Source of the DNA: Escherichia phage EmilieLinder_Bas103
Sequence record: PQ850602.1
Strand: one strand, 5' to 3'
DNA: 40,176 nt
Below are positions 6,821 through 17,222 of this stretch, piece by piece. The stretch's first letter is position 1, and the number at the start of each line of letters is the position of its first letter. Both the position numbers and the translations under genes were made by a program. The notes under the pieces were generated by a model that saw only the letters and a program-made list of their open reading frames with translations, searched no databases and was not told the DNA's origin.

Positions 6821-9472
6821 ATGAACACGATTAACATCGCTAAGAACGACTTCTCTGACATCGAACTGGCTGCTATCCCGTTCAACACTCTGGCTGACCA
6901 TTACGGTGAGCGTTTAGCTCGCGAACAGTTGGCCCTTGAGCATGAGTCTTATGAAATGGGTGAAGCACGCTTCCGCAAGATGTTTGAGCGTCAACTTAAA
7001 GCGGGTGAGGTTGCGGATAACGCTGCCGCTAAGCCTCTCATTACTACTCTGCTCCCCAAGATGATTGCACGCATCAACGATTGGTTTGAGGAAGTGAAAG
7101 CTAAGCGCGGTAAGCGCCCGACAGCCTTCCAGTTCCTGCAAGAAATCAAGCCGGAAGCGATAGCGTACATCACCATTAAGACAACTCTGGCTTGCCTAAC
7201 GAGCGTAGACAATACAACCGTTCAGGCTGTAGCAAGTGCAATCGGTCGAGCTATTGAGGACGAGGCGCGCTTTGGTCGAATCCGTGACCTTGAAGCTAAG
7301 CACTTCAAGAAAAACGTTGAGGAACAACTTAACAAGCGCGTAGGGCACGTCTACAAGAAAGCATTCATGCAGGTTGTAGAAGCGGATATGCTCTCTAAGG
7401 GTCTACTTGGTGGCGAGGCGTGGTCTTCGTGGCATAAGGAAGACTCCATTCACGTTGGTGTGCGCTGCATTGAGATGCTCATTGAGTCCACCGGAATGGT
7501 TAACTTACATCGTCAAAATGCTGGCGTAGTAGGGCAAGACTCGGAGACTATCGAACTTGCACCGGAATACGCTGAGGCTATCGCAACCCGTGCAGGTGCG
7601 CTTGCTGGTATCTCTCCGATGTTCCAGCCTTGCGTAGTTCCTCCTAAACCGTGGACTGGTATTACTGGTGGTGGATATTGGGCTAACGGTCGTCGTCCTC
7701 TGGCACTGGTGCGTACTCACAGCAGGAAAGCACTGATGCGCTACGAAGACGTTTACATGCCTGAGGTGTACAAGGCGATTAACATTGCGCAAAACACCGC
7801 ATGGAAAATCAACAAGAAAGTCCTAGCGGTAGCCAACGTAATCACCAAGTGGAAGCATTGCCCTATAGAGGACATCCCAGCGATTGAACGTGAAGAACTC
7901 CCGATGAAACCGGAAGACATCGACACGAATCCTGAGGCTCTCGCTGCATGGAAACGTGCTGCTGCTGCTGTGTACCGCAAGGACAAGGCTCGCAAGTCTC
8001 GCCGTATCAGCTTAGAGTTCATGCTTGAGCAAGCCAACAAGTTCGCTAACCATAAGGCCATCTGGTTCCCTTACAACATGGACTGGCGCGGTCGCGTTTA
8101 CGCTGTGTCAATGTTCAACCCGCAAGGTAACGACATGACCAAAGGACTGCTGACGCTGGCTAAAGGAAAACCAATCGGCAAGGAAGGTTATTACTGGCTG
8201 AAAATCCACGGTGCAAACTGTGCTGGTGTCGATAAGGTTCCGTTCCCTGAGCGCATCAAGTTCATTGAGGACAACCATGAGAACATCATGGCTTGCGCTA
8301 AGTCTCCACTGGAGAACACTTGGTGGGCTGAGCAAGATTCTCCGTTCTGCTTCCTCGCGTTCTGCTTTGAGTACGCTGGGGTACAGCACCACGGCTTAAG
8401 CTACAACTGCTCTCTTCCGCTGGCGTTCGATGGGTCTTGCTCTGGCATTCAGCACTTCTCCGCTATGCTCCGAGATGAGGTTGGTGGTCGCGCTGTTAAC
8501 CTTCTGCCTAGCGAAACCGTTCAGGACATCTACGGGATTGTCGCTAAGAAAGTCAATTTGATTCTGCAAGAAGACGTAATCAACGGAACCGACAACGAAG
8601 TAGTTACCGTGACTGATGAGAACACTGGTGAAATCTCTGAGAAAGTCAAGCTGGGCACTAAGGCGCTGGCTGGTCAGTGGTTGGCTTACGGTGTAACACG
8701 TAGCGTGACTAAACGTTCAGTAATGACTCTGGCTTACGGGTCCAAAGAGTTCGGCTTCCGTCAACAAGTGCTGGAGGACACCATTCAGCCAGCAATTGAT
8801 TCCGGTAAGGGTCTGATGTTCACGCAACCGAATCAGGCTGCTGGATACATGGCGAAACTGATTTGGGAAGCTGTTAGCGTTACGGTGGTAGCCGCTGTGG
8901 AGGCAATGAACTGGCTCAAGTCCGCTGCTAAGCTGCTGGCTGCTGAGGTCAAAGATAAGAAGACTGGAGAGATTCTTCGCAAGCGTTGCGCTGTACATTG
9001 GGTAACTCCTGATGGGTTCCCAGTGTGGCAGGAATACAAGAAGCCAATTCAGACTCGCTTGAACCTGATTTTCCTCGGTCAGTTCCGCTTACAGCCAACC
9101 ATTAACACTAACAAGGATAGCGAGATTGATGCACACAAACAGGAGTCCGGTATTGCTCCTAACTTTGTACACAGCCAAGACGGTAGTCACCTGCGTAAGA
9201 CTGTAGTGTGGGCGCATGAGAAGTACGGCATCGAGTCTTTTGCATTGATTCACGACTCCTTCGGGACCATTCCGGCTGACGCTGCTAACCTGTTCAAAGC
9301 TGTTCGCGAAACTATGGTGGACACCTATGAGTCTTGTGATGTACTGGCTGACTTCTATGACCAGTTCGCTGACCAGTTGCATGAGTCTCAACTTGACAAA
9401 ATGCCAGCACTTCCGGCTAAAGGTAACTTGAACCTCCAAGACATCCTTAAGTCAGACTTCGCGTTTGCGTAA
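6821..9472 (+). CDS. 1: T7-type single-subunit DNA-dependent RNA polymerase (gp1)
   Basis: 883-aa ORF, about 98 percent identical to T7 RNAP from memory; specificity-loop ...QPNQAAGYM... (Asn as in T7), consistent with the T7-type promoters in this window. Confidence 0.98.
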   Translation: MNTINIAKNDFSDIELAAIPFNTLADHYGERLAREQLALEHESYEMGEARFRKMFERQLKAGEVADNAAAKPLITTLLPKMIARINDWFEEVKAKRGKRPTAFQFLQEIKPEAIAYITIKTTLACLTSVDNTTVQAVASAIGRAIEDEARFGRIRDLEAKHFKKNVEEQLNKRVGHVYKKAFMQVVEADMLSKGLLGGEAWSSWHKEDSIHVGVRCIEMLIESTGMVNLHRQNAGVVGQDSETIELAPEYAEAIATRAGALAGISPMFQPCVVPPKPWTGITGGGYWANGRRPLALVRTHSRKALMRYEDVYMPEVYKAINIAQNTAWKINKKVLAVANVITKWKHCPIEDIPAIEREELPMKPEDIDTNPEALAAWKRAAAAVYRKDKARKSRRISLEFMLEQANKFANHKAIWFPYNMDWRGRVYAVSMFNPQGNDMTKGLLTLAKGKPIGKEGYYWLKIHGANCAGVDKVPFPERIKFIEDNHENIMACAKSPLENTWWAEQDSPFCFLAFCFEYAGVQHHGLSYNCSLPLAFDGSCSGIQHFSAMLRDEVGGRAVNLLPSETVQDIYGIVAKKVNLILQEDVINGTDNEVVTVTDENTGEISEKVKLGTKALAGQWLAYGVTRSVTKRSVMTLAYGSKEFGFRQQVLEDTIQPAIDSGKGLMFTQPNQAAGYMAKLIWEAVSVTVVAAVEAMNWLKSAAKLLAAEVKDKKTGEILRKRCAVHWVTPDGFPVWQEYKKPIQTRLNLIFLGQFRLQPTINTNKDSEIDAHKQESGIAPNFVHSQDGSHLRKTVVWAHEKYGIESFALIHDSFGTIPADAANLFKAVRETMVDTYESCDVLADFYDQFADQLHESQLDKMPALPAKGNLNLQDILKSDFAFA

Positions 9473-9480
9473 CGTCAAAT

Positions 9481-9503
9481 TAATACGACTCACTATAGAG
9501 GGG
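9481..9503 (+). promoter_or_regulatory. T7 RNAP promoter phi1.1A
   Basis: TAATACGACTCACTATAGAGGGG. Confidence 0.85.
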
Positions 9504-9556
9504 ACAAACTCAAGGTCATTCGCAAGAGTGGCCTTTATGATTGACCTTCTTCCGGT
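9503..9556 (+). promoter_or_regulatory. RNase III processing hairpin R1.1
   Basis: ACTCAAGGTCATTCGCAAGAGTGGCCTTTATGATTGACC hairpin between the two 1.1 promoters. Confidence 0.5.
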
Positions 9557-9579
9557 TAATACGACTCACTATAGGGGAA
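9557..9579 (+). promoter_or_regulatory. T7 RNAP promoter phi1.1B
   Basis: TAATACGACTCACTATAGGGGAA. Confidence 0.85.
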
Positions 9580-9657
9580 CCTTAAGGTTTAACTTTAAGA
9601 CCCTTAAGTGTTAATTAAAGATTTAAATTAAAGAATTACTAAGAGAGGACTTTAAGT

Positions 9658-9789
9658 ATGCGTAACTTCGAAAAGATGACCAAACGTTCTAACAGTAACG
9701 CTCATGACAGCTTCGAGGCAACCAAGGGCCGCAAGTTTAATAAACCATTACGCACCCGTGCTCATAAACGCTGCTGGGAGAGTCAATAA
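9658..9789 (+). CDS. 1.1: gp1.1-like small basic protein
   Basis: 43-aa ORF MRNFEKMTKRSNSNAH... with RBS gagagga; matches T7 gp1.1; absent from ORF track. Confidence 0.75.
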   Translation: MRNFEKMTKRSNSNAHDSFEATKGRKFNKPLRTRAHKRCWESQ

Positions 9790-9790
9790 G

Positions 9791-10063
9791 ATGGGACGTT
9801 TATATAGTGGCAATCTGGCAGCATACAAAGATGCTATCAAGCGCCTAAGAGAAGACCATGCCGTCGATGTGGTCACTGAGACTTATCGACGTGAAGACTA
9901 CGCACAGCGCCGATGGGTAGCTGGCGAGACTCTTCGAGTGGTCTTGCGGAATGGCGTAGAGCTAACATCCAAGAGGTTCGAACAGTCAGACGAAGACGTT
10001 CGCTGTAACGCACAGACGGAATGGCTCCGTAAGGTACACAGTGATTTGAAGCACTGGAAGTAA
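9791..10063 (+). CDS. 1.2: gp1.2-like protein (T7 gp1.2 inhibits host dGTPase Dgt); conserved termini, divergent core
   Basis: 90-aa ORF from ATG 9791 (MGRLYSGNLAA... ...DLKHWK); ORF track frame extends upstream to 9704 but the T7-like start is at 9791. Confidence 0.75.
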   Translation: MGRLYSGNLAAYKDAIKRLREDHAVDVVTETYRREDYAQRRWVAGETLRVVLRNGVELTSKRFEQSDEDVRCNAQTEWLRKVHSDLKHWK

Positions 10064-10083
10064 TACGACTCAGTATAGGGACA
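10061..10083 (+). promoter_or_regulatory. T7 RNAP promoter phi1.3
   Basis: TAATACGACTCAGTATAGGGACA (the characteristic G at -5 of T7 phi1.3). Confidence 0.85.
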
Positions 10084-10122
10084 ATGCTTAAGGTCGCTCA
10101 TTGAGTGGCCTTAGTCATTTAA
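10084..10122 (+). promoter_or_regulatory. RNase III processing hairpin R1.3
   Basis: TTAAGGTCGCTCATTGAGTGGCCTTAGTCATT hairpin upstream of ligase gene. Confidence 0.5.
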
Positions 10123-10143
10123 CCAAACATGGAGATAAACATT

Positions 10144-11205
10144 ATGATGAACATTAAGACCAGCCCATTTAAAGCCGTGTCTTTCGTAGAGTCTGCCATT
10201 AAGAAAGCTCTGGATAACGCTGGGTATCTTATTGCTGACATTAAGTACGATGGTGTGCGTGGTAACATCTGCGTAGACAATACTGCTAACTGCTGCTGGC
10301 TCTCTCGTGTGTCTAAAACGATTCCGGCACTGGAGCACTTAAACGGATTCGATGTTCGCTGGAAGCGTCTGCTGAACGATGACCGTTGCTTCTACAAAGA
10401 TGGCTTTATGCTAGATGGTGAACTCATGGTCAAGGGCGTAGACTTTAACACAGGGTCTGGCCTACTGCGCACCAAGTGGCTCAACAAGAATAACTTTGAG
10501 TTCGACGTTGGCGGTGTACCTCCGCTCAAGGGGTCCAAGGTTGAGTTCGCGTTGGACACCAAACGTCTGAGTGTCAAACTGTACGCTATCCTCCCTCTGC
10601 ACATCGTGGAGTCTGGGGAAGACTATGATGTCATGACGTTGCTCATGCAGGAACACGTTAAGAACATGCTGCCTCTGCTACAGGAATACTTCCCTGAAAT
10701 CGAATGGCAAGCGGCTGAATCTTACGAGGTCTACGATATGGTAGAACTACAGCAACTGTATGAGAAGAAGCGTGAAGAAGGCCATGAGGGTCTCATTGTG
10801 AAAGACCCGATGTGCATCTATAAGCGAGGCAAGAAGTCCGGCTGGTGGAAAATGAAGCCTGAGAACGAGGCTGATGGTGTTATCCAAGGTCTTGTATGGG
10901 GTACGAAAGGTCTGGCTAACGAAGGAAAAGTGATTGGCTTTGAGGTGCTTCTTGAGAGTGGTCGTGTAGTAAACGCCACAAACATCTCTCGCGCCTTAAT
11001 GGACGAGTTCACGGCTAAGGTTAAACAGACCATTAGCTTCCGTGAGGACTTTGAGGACTTCGGGGCCGAACCCGAAGACACCAACCCATACCACGGGTGG
11101 CAGTGCCAGATTAGCTACATGGAGGAAACACCTGATGGCTCTCTGCGTCACCCATCGTTCGTAATGTTCCGTGGTACCGAGGATAACCCTAAAGAGAAAA
11201 TGTAA
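10144..11205 (+). CDS. 1.3: ATP-dependent DNA ligase (gp1.3)
   Basis: 353-aa ORF from MMNIKTSPFKAV...; adenylation lysine motif DIKYDGVRG; matches T7 ligase; ORF track offers upstream ATG 10129. Confidence 0.93.
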   Translation: MMNIKTSPFKAVSFVESAIKKALDNAGYLIADIKYDGVRGNICVDNTANCCWLSRVSKTIPALEHLNGFDVRWKRLLNDDRCFYKDGFMLDGELMVKGVDFNTGSGLLRTKWLNKNNFEFDVGGVPPLKGSKVEFALDTKRLSVKLYAILPLHIVESGEDYDVMTLLMQEHVKNMLPLLQEYFPEIEWQAAESYEVYDMVELQQLYEKKREEGHEGLIVKDPMCIYKRGKKSGWWKMKPENEADGVIQGLVWGTKGLANEGKVIGFEVLLESGRVVNATNISRALMDEFTAKVKQTISFREDFEDFGAEPEDTNPYHGWQCQISYMEETPDGSLRHPSFVMFRGTEDNPKEKM

Positions 11206-11209
11206 TCAC

Positions 11210-11243
11210 ACTGGCTCACCTTCGGGTGGGCCTTTCTGCGTTT
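11210..11243 (+). terminator. Early transcription terminator TE (intrinsic, host RNAP)
   Basis: GC-rich hairpin GGCTCACC-TTCG-GGTGGGCC followed by TTTCTGCGTTT; identical in form to T7 TE. Confidence 0.85.
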
Positions 11244-11258
11244 ATAAGGAGACACTTT

Positions 11259-11414
11259 ATGTTTAAGAAGGTAGGTAAATTCCTTGTGGCTTGGGCAGCT
11301 ATCCTTACGTTTGCATATCTTCTGGCGGTATACCCTCAAGCAGCACTTGTAGTAGTGGGCGCTTGTTGTCTAGCGGCAGCGTGTGCTTGCGTGTGGTGCT
11401 TCGTCAATTGCTAA
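11259..11414 (+). CDS. 1.4: gp1.4-like small hydrophobic protein
   Basis: 51-aa ORF MFKKVGKFLVAWAAILTFAYLLAVYPQ... with RBS aaggag; matches T7 gp1.4. Confidence 0.75.
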   Translation: MFKKVGKFLVAWAAILTFAYLLAVYPQAALVVVGACCLAAACACVWCFVNC

Positions 11415-11434
11415 TACGACTCACTAAAGGAGGT
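11412..11434 (+). promoter_or_regulatory. T7 RNAP promoter phi1.5
   Basis: TAATACGACTCACTAAAGGAGGT. Confidence 0.85.
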
Positions 11435-11441
11435 ACACACC

Positions 11442-11534
11442 ATGATATACTTAATGCCATTACTCATTGTCATCTTAGGATGCCTTGCGCTTCACTATAC
11501 TGACGATGATGATATGCCAGATGGTCACGCTTGA
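11442..11534 (+). CDS. 1.5: gp1.5-like mini-protein (30 aa): hydrophobic N-terminus plus acidic tail
   Basis: MIYLMPLLIVILGCLALHYTDDDDMPDGHA; RBS within phi1.5 (aaggagg); matches T7 gp1.5. Confidence 0.65.
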   Translation: MIYLMPLLIVILGCLALHYTDDDDMPDGHA

Positions 11535-11557
11535 CGACACCACTAAGGAGATACCTT

Positions 11558-11674
11558 ATGACGTACTTAATGCCACTACTGATGCTATTCTTGGTGTCAT
11601 TACTCATTCTCATCCCTGTATATGCTGTACTGCGTGATGATGACGATGATGACACACAAGATGACCACGCTTAA
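11558..11674 (+). CDS. Second gp1.5-like mini-protein (38 aa), tandem paralog
   Basis: MTYLMPLLMLFLVSLLILIPVYAVLRDDDDDDTQDDHA; RBS taaggag 7 nt upstream; same N-terminal MxYLMPLL and poly-Asp tail as 1.5; not in T7 as I recall. Confidence 0.55.
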   Translation: MTYLMPLLMLFLVSLLILIPVYAVLRDDDDDDTQDDHA

Positions 11675-11694
11675 TACGACTCACTAAAGGAGGT
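11672..11694 (+). promoter_or_regulatory. T7 RNAP promoter phi1.6
   Basis: TAATACGACTCACTAAAGGAGGT overlapping the stop of the preceding mini-ORF. Confidence 0.85.
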
Positions 11695-11699
11695 ACTAT

Positions 11700-11960
11700 A
11701 TGTTTCGACTTCATTACAACAAAAGTCTTGAGAATTTCACGGTTCGCCGTGTTGACCGTTCAATCGTATGTGCGAGCGAGCGCCGAGCTAAGTTACCTCT
11801 TATTGGTAACACAGTTCCTTTGGCACCGAGCGTCCACATCATTATCACCCGTGGTGACTTTGAGAAAGCAATAGACAAGAAACGTCCGGTTCTTAGTGTG
11901 GCAGTGACCCGCTTCCCGTTCGTCCGTCTGTTACTCAAACGAATCAAGGAGGTGTTCTGA
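11700..11960 (+). CDS. 1.6: gp1.6-like protein
   Basis: 86-aa [34 protein letters not shown]...; matches T7 gp1.6. Confidence 0.85.
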   Translation: MFRLHYNKSLENFTVRRVDRSIVCASERRAKLPLIGNTVPLAPSVHIIITRGDFEKAIDKKRPVLSVAVTRFPFVRLLLKRIKEVF

Positions 11961-12499
11961 TGGGATGCATAGCTTGCTTAGAGAAAGACGACCGTTATCC
12001 ACACACCTGTAATAAAGGAGCTAACAATATGACCGAACGTGAACAAGATATTATCATTAAGTTGATAGATAATAACGAGGGTCGTACTGGCGACACGTCT
12101 GGTTGCGGCCTGTTCTGTGCTGGAGTACCTTGTGGTGAGTGCCCTGTAACAAACGATGAGAACATTACCTTAGGTGAAATCCGAGCGATGGACCCACGTA
12201 AACATCATCTGAATAAACTTGAGGTAACTCCTACAGACGACCAGCCTTCCTCTGAGCCAATCGAAGGTGTCACTAAGCCTTCCCATTACATGCTGTTCGA
12301 CGACATTGAGGCTATCGAGGTGATTGCCCGCTCAATGACTTGTGAGCAGTTCAAAGGTTACTGCTTCGGGAACATCCTTAAGTACCGACTGCGTGCTGGT
12401 AAGAAGTCCGAACTGGCTTACTTAGAGAAAGACATGGCGAAAGCTGACTTCTATGGGGAACTGTACGAGAAACATAAGGATAAGTGCTATGACGCGTGA
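11960..12499 (+). CDS. 1.7: Nucleoside monophosphate kinase-like protein (gp1.7), N-terminally shorter than T7
   Basis: 179-aa ORF starting [22 protein letters not shown]; start overlaps 1.6 stop; T7 gp1.7 (196 aa) has 17 extra N-terminal residues. Confidence 0.85.
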   Translation: MGCIACLEKDDRYPHTCNKGANNMTEREQDIIIKLIDNNEGRTGDTSGCGLFCAGVPCGECPVTNDENITLGEIRAMDPRKHHLNKLEVTPTDDQPSSEPIEGVTKPSHYMLFDDIEAIEVIARSMTCEQFKGYCFGNILKYRLRAGKKSELAYLEKDMAKADFYGELYEKHKDKCYDA

Positions 12500-12708
12500 A
12501 GAACTTCAAGCCGCATCGGTGAAGCGTAGAGCGCACAGGTTCTATCGGGCATACAAGGCTCTGCGCATGGGTATGCTGATGTTCTCGTTAGGACACAGTG
12601 AATATTGTGATAGTGACCTCCTACCGTTTGCTTATAAGAAGACACCCAGTCTGATTATCAAGGTAGAGGAGTATGAATATTCTGACGACTGTGTTATGGT
12701 GAACCGCT

Positions 12709-12716
<8 letters not shown>
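12489..12716 (+). CDS. Hypothetical protein (75 aa), extra gene between 1.7 and 1.8
   Basis: ORF from ATG 12489 (MTREELQAASVKRRAHRFYRAYKALRMGMLMFSLGHSEY...), overlapping the 1.7 stop and the 1.8 start; no T7 counterpart recalled. Confidence 0.5.
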
Positions 12717-13021
<305 letters not shown>

Positions 13022-13024
<3 letters not shown>

Positions 13025-13044
13025 TACGACTCACTATTAGGGGG
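13022..13044 (+). promoter_or_regulatory. T7 RNAP promoter phi2.5 (A-initiating)
   Basis: TAATACGACTCACTATTAGGGGG; +1 A at about 13039 as in T7 phi2.5. Confidence 0.85.
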
Positions 13045-13093
13045 GGAAGCCTCCCTTTGAGAAACCAAATGAAACCTAAAGGAGATTAACATT

Positions 13094-13792
13094 ATGGCTA
13101 AGAAGATTTTCACCTCTGCGCTGGGTACTGCTGAACCTTACGCTTACATCGCTAAGCCGGACTACGGCAACGAAGAGCGTGGCTTCGGGAACCCTCGCGG
13201 TGTCTACAAAGTTGACCTGACTATTCCCAACAAAGACCCGCGCTGCCAACGCATGGTCGATGAAATCGTGAAGTGTCACGAAGAGGCTTATGCTGCTGCC
13301 GTTGAGGAATACGAAGCGAATCCACCTACGGTAGCCCGTGGTAAGAAACCACTGAAACCGTATGAAGGCGAAATGCCGTTCTTCGATAACGGTGACGGCA
13401 CGACTACCTTTAAGTTCAAATGCTACGCGTCTTTCCAAGACAAGAAGACCAAAGAGACCAAGCACATCAATCTGGTTGTGGTTGACTCCAAGGGTAAGAA
13501 GATGGAAGACGTTCCGATTATCGGTGGTGGCTCTAAGCTGAAAGTCAAATACTCTCTGGTTCCGTACAAGTGGAACACCGCTGTAGGTGCAAGCGTTAAG
13601 CTGCAACTGGAATCCGTAATGCTGGTCGAACTGGCTACCTTTGGTGGCGGTGAAGATGATTGGGCTGACGAAGTTGAAGAGAACGGCTATGTTGCCTCTG
13701 GTTCTGCCAAAGTGAGCAAACCACGCGACGAAGAAAGCTGGGACGAAGACGACGAAGAGTCCGATGAAGTAGACGAAGACGGAGATTTCTAA
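13094..13792 (+). CDS. 2.5: Single-stranded DNA-binding protein (gp2.5)
   Basis: 232-aa ORF with acidic C-terminal tail ...DEDDEESDEVDEDGDF; near-identical to T7 gp2.5. Confidence 0.96.
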   Translation: MAKKIFTSALGTAEPYAYIAKPDYGNEERGFGNPRGVYKVDLTIPNKDPRCQRMVDEIVKCHEEAYAAAVEEYEANPPTVARGKKPLKPYEGEMPFFDNGDGTTTFKFKCYASFQDKKTKETKHINLVVVDSKGKKMEDVPIIGGGSKLKVKYSLVPYKWNTAVGASVKLQLESVMLVELATFGGGEDDWADEVEENGYVASGSAKVSKPRDEESWDEDDEESDEVDEDGDF

Positions 13793-14248
13793 GTGGCTGG
13801 CGCATACGCTGCGCGTGGTATCCGAAAGGTCGGGACATTCCGTTCCGGCCTAGAAGATAAGGTCTCTAAGCAGCTAGAGGGTAAGGGCATTCAGTTCGAC
13901 TATGAACTATGGAAAATCCCTTACGTTGTCCCTGCGAGCAACCATGTGTATACTCCAGACTTCCTGCTGCCTAACGGAATCTTTATTGAAACCAAGGGTT
14001 TATGGGAGAGTGACGACCGAAAGAAACACTTATTGGTTCGCGAACAGTTCCCCGAACTGGACATCAGACTGGTGTTCTCAAGCTCACGCACAAAGCTGTA
14101 TAAAGGGTCTCCGACCAGTTATGGCGAGTTCTGCGAAAAGCACGGTATTCTGTTTGCTGACAAATTAATTCCTGTAGAATGGCTCAAAGAACCCAAAAAG
14201 GAGGTGCCATTTGACAAGCTGAAACAATCGAAGGGAGGAAAGAAATAA
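13793..14248 (+). CDS. 3: Endonuclease I, Holliday junction resolvase (gp3)
   Basis: 151-aa ORF, GTG start immediately after 2.5 stop; matches T7 gp3; no gene 2.8 lies between 2.5 and 3. Confidence 0.92.
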   Translation: MAGAYAARGIRKVGTFRSGLEDKVSKQLEGKGIQFDYELWKIPYVVPASNHVYTPDFLLPNGIFIETKGLWESDDRKKHLLVREQFPELDIRLVFSSSRTKLYKGSPTSYGEFCEKHGILFADKLIPVEWLKEPKKEVPFDKLKQSKGGKK

Positions 14249-14703
14249 TGGCTCGTGTACAGTTTAAACAACGTGAATCTACTGACGCAATCTTTGTTCA
14301 CTGCTCGGCTACCAAGCCAAGTCAGAATGTAGGTGTCCGTGAGATTCGTCAGTGGCATAAAGAGCAAGGTTGGCTTGATGTCGGGTATCACTTTATCATC
14401 AAGCGCGATGGTACTGTAGAGGAAGGCCGAGATGAGACGGCTGTAGGCTCTCACGCTAAGGACTACAATCACAACTCTATTGGTGTCTGCCTTGTAGGTG
14501 GTATCGACGATAAAGGTAAGTTTGACGCTAACTTTACGCCAGCCCAAATGCAATCCCTCCGCTCACTGCTTGTCACACTGCTGGCTAAGTACGAAGGCGC
14601 TGTGCTTCGCGCGCATCACGATGTGGCACCTAAGGCTTGCCCTTCGTTCGACCTTAAGCGTTGGTGGGAGAAGAATGAACTTGTAACTTCTGACCGAGGG
14701 TAA
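14248..14703 (+). CDS. 3.5: Lysozyme / N-acetylmuramoyl-L-alanine amidase and RNAP inhibitor (gp3.5)
   Basis: 151-aa ORF MARVQFKQRESTDAIFVHCSATKP..., near-identical to T7 lysozyme. Confidence 0.96.
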   Translation: MARVQFKQRESTDAIFVHCSATKPSQNVGVREIRQWHKEQGWLDVGYHFIIKRDGTVEEGRDETAVGSHAKDYNHNSIGVCLVGGIDDKGKFDANFTPAQMQSLRSLLVTLLAKYEGAVLRAHHDVAPKACPSFDLKRWWEKNELVTSDRG

Positions 14704-14706
14704 AAC

Positions 14707-14793
14707 ATGATTATTCACGAAATGGGTTTATACGATTTGATTTATCATCTTGCTTTCTTACTGGCAATGGTGTACGTACTGACCCGTAATTAA
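14707..14793 (+). CDS. Very small hydrophobic ORF (28 aa) between 3.5 and phi3.8
   Basis: MIIHEMGLYDLIYHLAFLLAMVYVLTRN; the same sequence region exists in T7 as I recall; coding status uncertain. Confidence 0.25.
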   Translation: MIIHEMGLYDLIYHLAFLLAMVYVLTRN

Positions 14794-14810
14794 TTGAACT
14801 CACTAAAGGG

Positions 14811-14813
<3 letters not shown>
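14791..14813 (+). promoter_or_regulatory. T7 RNAP promoter phi3.8
   Basis: TAATTGAACTCACTAAAGGGAGA (characteristic TTGAA variant of T7 phi3.8). Confidence 0.8.
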
Positions 14814-16619
<1,806 letters not shown>

Positions 16620-16622
<3 letters not shown>

Positions 16623-16642
16623 TACGACTCACTAAAGGAGAC
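16620..16642 (+). promoter_or_regulatory. T7 RNAP promoter phi4.3
   Basis: TAATACGACTCACTAAAGGAGAC. Confidence 0.85.
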
Positions 16643-16647
16643 ACATC

Positions 16648-16860
16648 ATGTTCAAACTGATTAAGAAGTTAGGCCAACTGCTGGTTCGCATGTACAACGT
16701 GGAAGCCAAGCGTCTGAACGATGAGGCTCGTAAAGAGGCCACACAGTCACGCGCTCTGGCTATTCGAGCCAACGAACTGGCTGACAGCGCATCCACTAAA
16801 GTTACCGAAGCTGCCCATGTAGCAAACCAAGCTCAGCAACTTTCCAAATTCTTTGAGTAA
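16648..16860 (+). CDS. 4.3: gp4.3-like protein
   Basis: 70-aa ORF MFKLIKKLGQLLVRMYNVEAKRLNDEARK...; matches T7 gp4.3. Confidence 0.85.
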   Translation: MFKLIKKLGQLLVRMYNVEAKRLNDEARKEATQSRALAIRANELADSASTKVTEAAHVANQAQQLSKFFE

Positions 16861-16879
16861 TCAAACAGGAGAAACCATT

Positions 16880-17149
16880 ATGTCTAACGTAGCTGAAACA
16901 ATCCGTCTATCCGATACCGCTGACCAGTGGAACCGTCGAGTCCACATCAACGTGCGCAACGGTAAGGCGACTATGGTTTACCGCTGGAAGGACTCTAAGT
17001 CCTCTAAGAATCACACTCAGCGCATGACGTTGACAGATGAGCAAGCACTGCGTCTGGTCAATGCGCTTACCAAAGCTGCCGTGACAGCAATTCATGAGGC
17101 TGGTCGCATCAATGAAGCTATGGCTATCCTCGACAAGATTGATAGCTAA
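16880..17149 (+). CDS. 4.5: gp4.5-like protein (T7 gp4.5 is reported to inhibit Lon protease)
   Basis: 89-aa ORF MSNVAETIRLSDTADQWNRRVHINVRNGK... with RBS aggaga; ORF track starts at upstream ATG 16853. Confidence 0.85.
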   Translation: MSNVAETIRLSDTADQWNRRVHINVRNGKATMVYRWKDSKSSKNHTQRMTLTDEQALRLVNALTKAAVTAIHEAGRINEAMAILDKIDS

Positions 17150-17193
17150 GAGTGGTATCCTCAAGGTCGCCAGAGTGGTGGCCTTCATGAATA
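17149..17193 (+). promoter_or_regulatory. RNase III processing hairpin R4.7
   Basis: GAGTGGTATCCTCAAGGTCGCCAGAGTGGTGGCCTTCATGAATACT hairpin. Confidence 0.5.
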
Positions 17194-17216
17194 CTATTCG
17201 ACTCACTATAGGAGAT
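17194..17216 (+). promoter_or_regulatory. T7 RNAP promoter phi4.7
   Basis: CTATTCGACTCACTATAGGAGAT. Confidence 0.8.
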
Positions 17217-17222
17217 ATTACC

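Larger units (their letters stand above)
9478..9657 (+). other. Probable primary origin of replication region (phi1.1A/B promoters plus AT-rich segment)
   Basis: Tandem T7 promoters followed by AT-rich stretch TTAATTAAAGATTTAAATTAAAGAATTACTAAG; same arrangement as the T7 primary origin. Confidence 0.5.
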
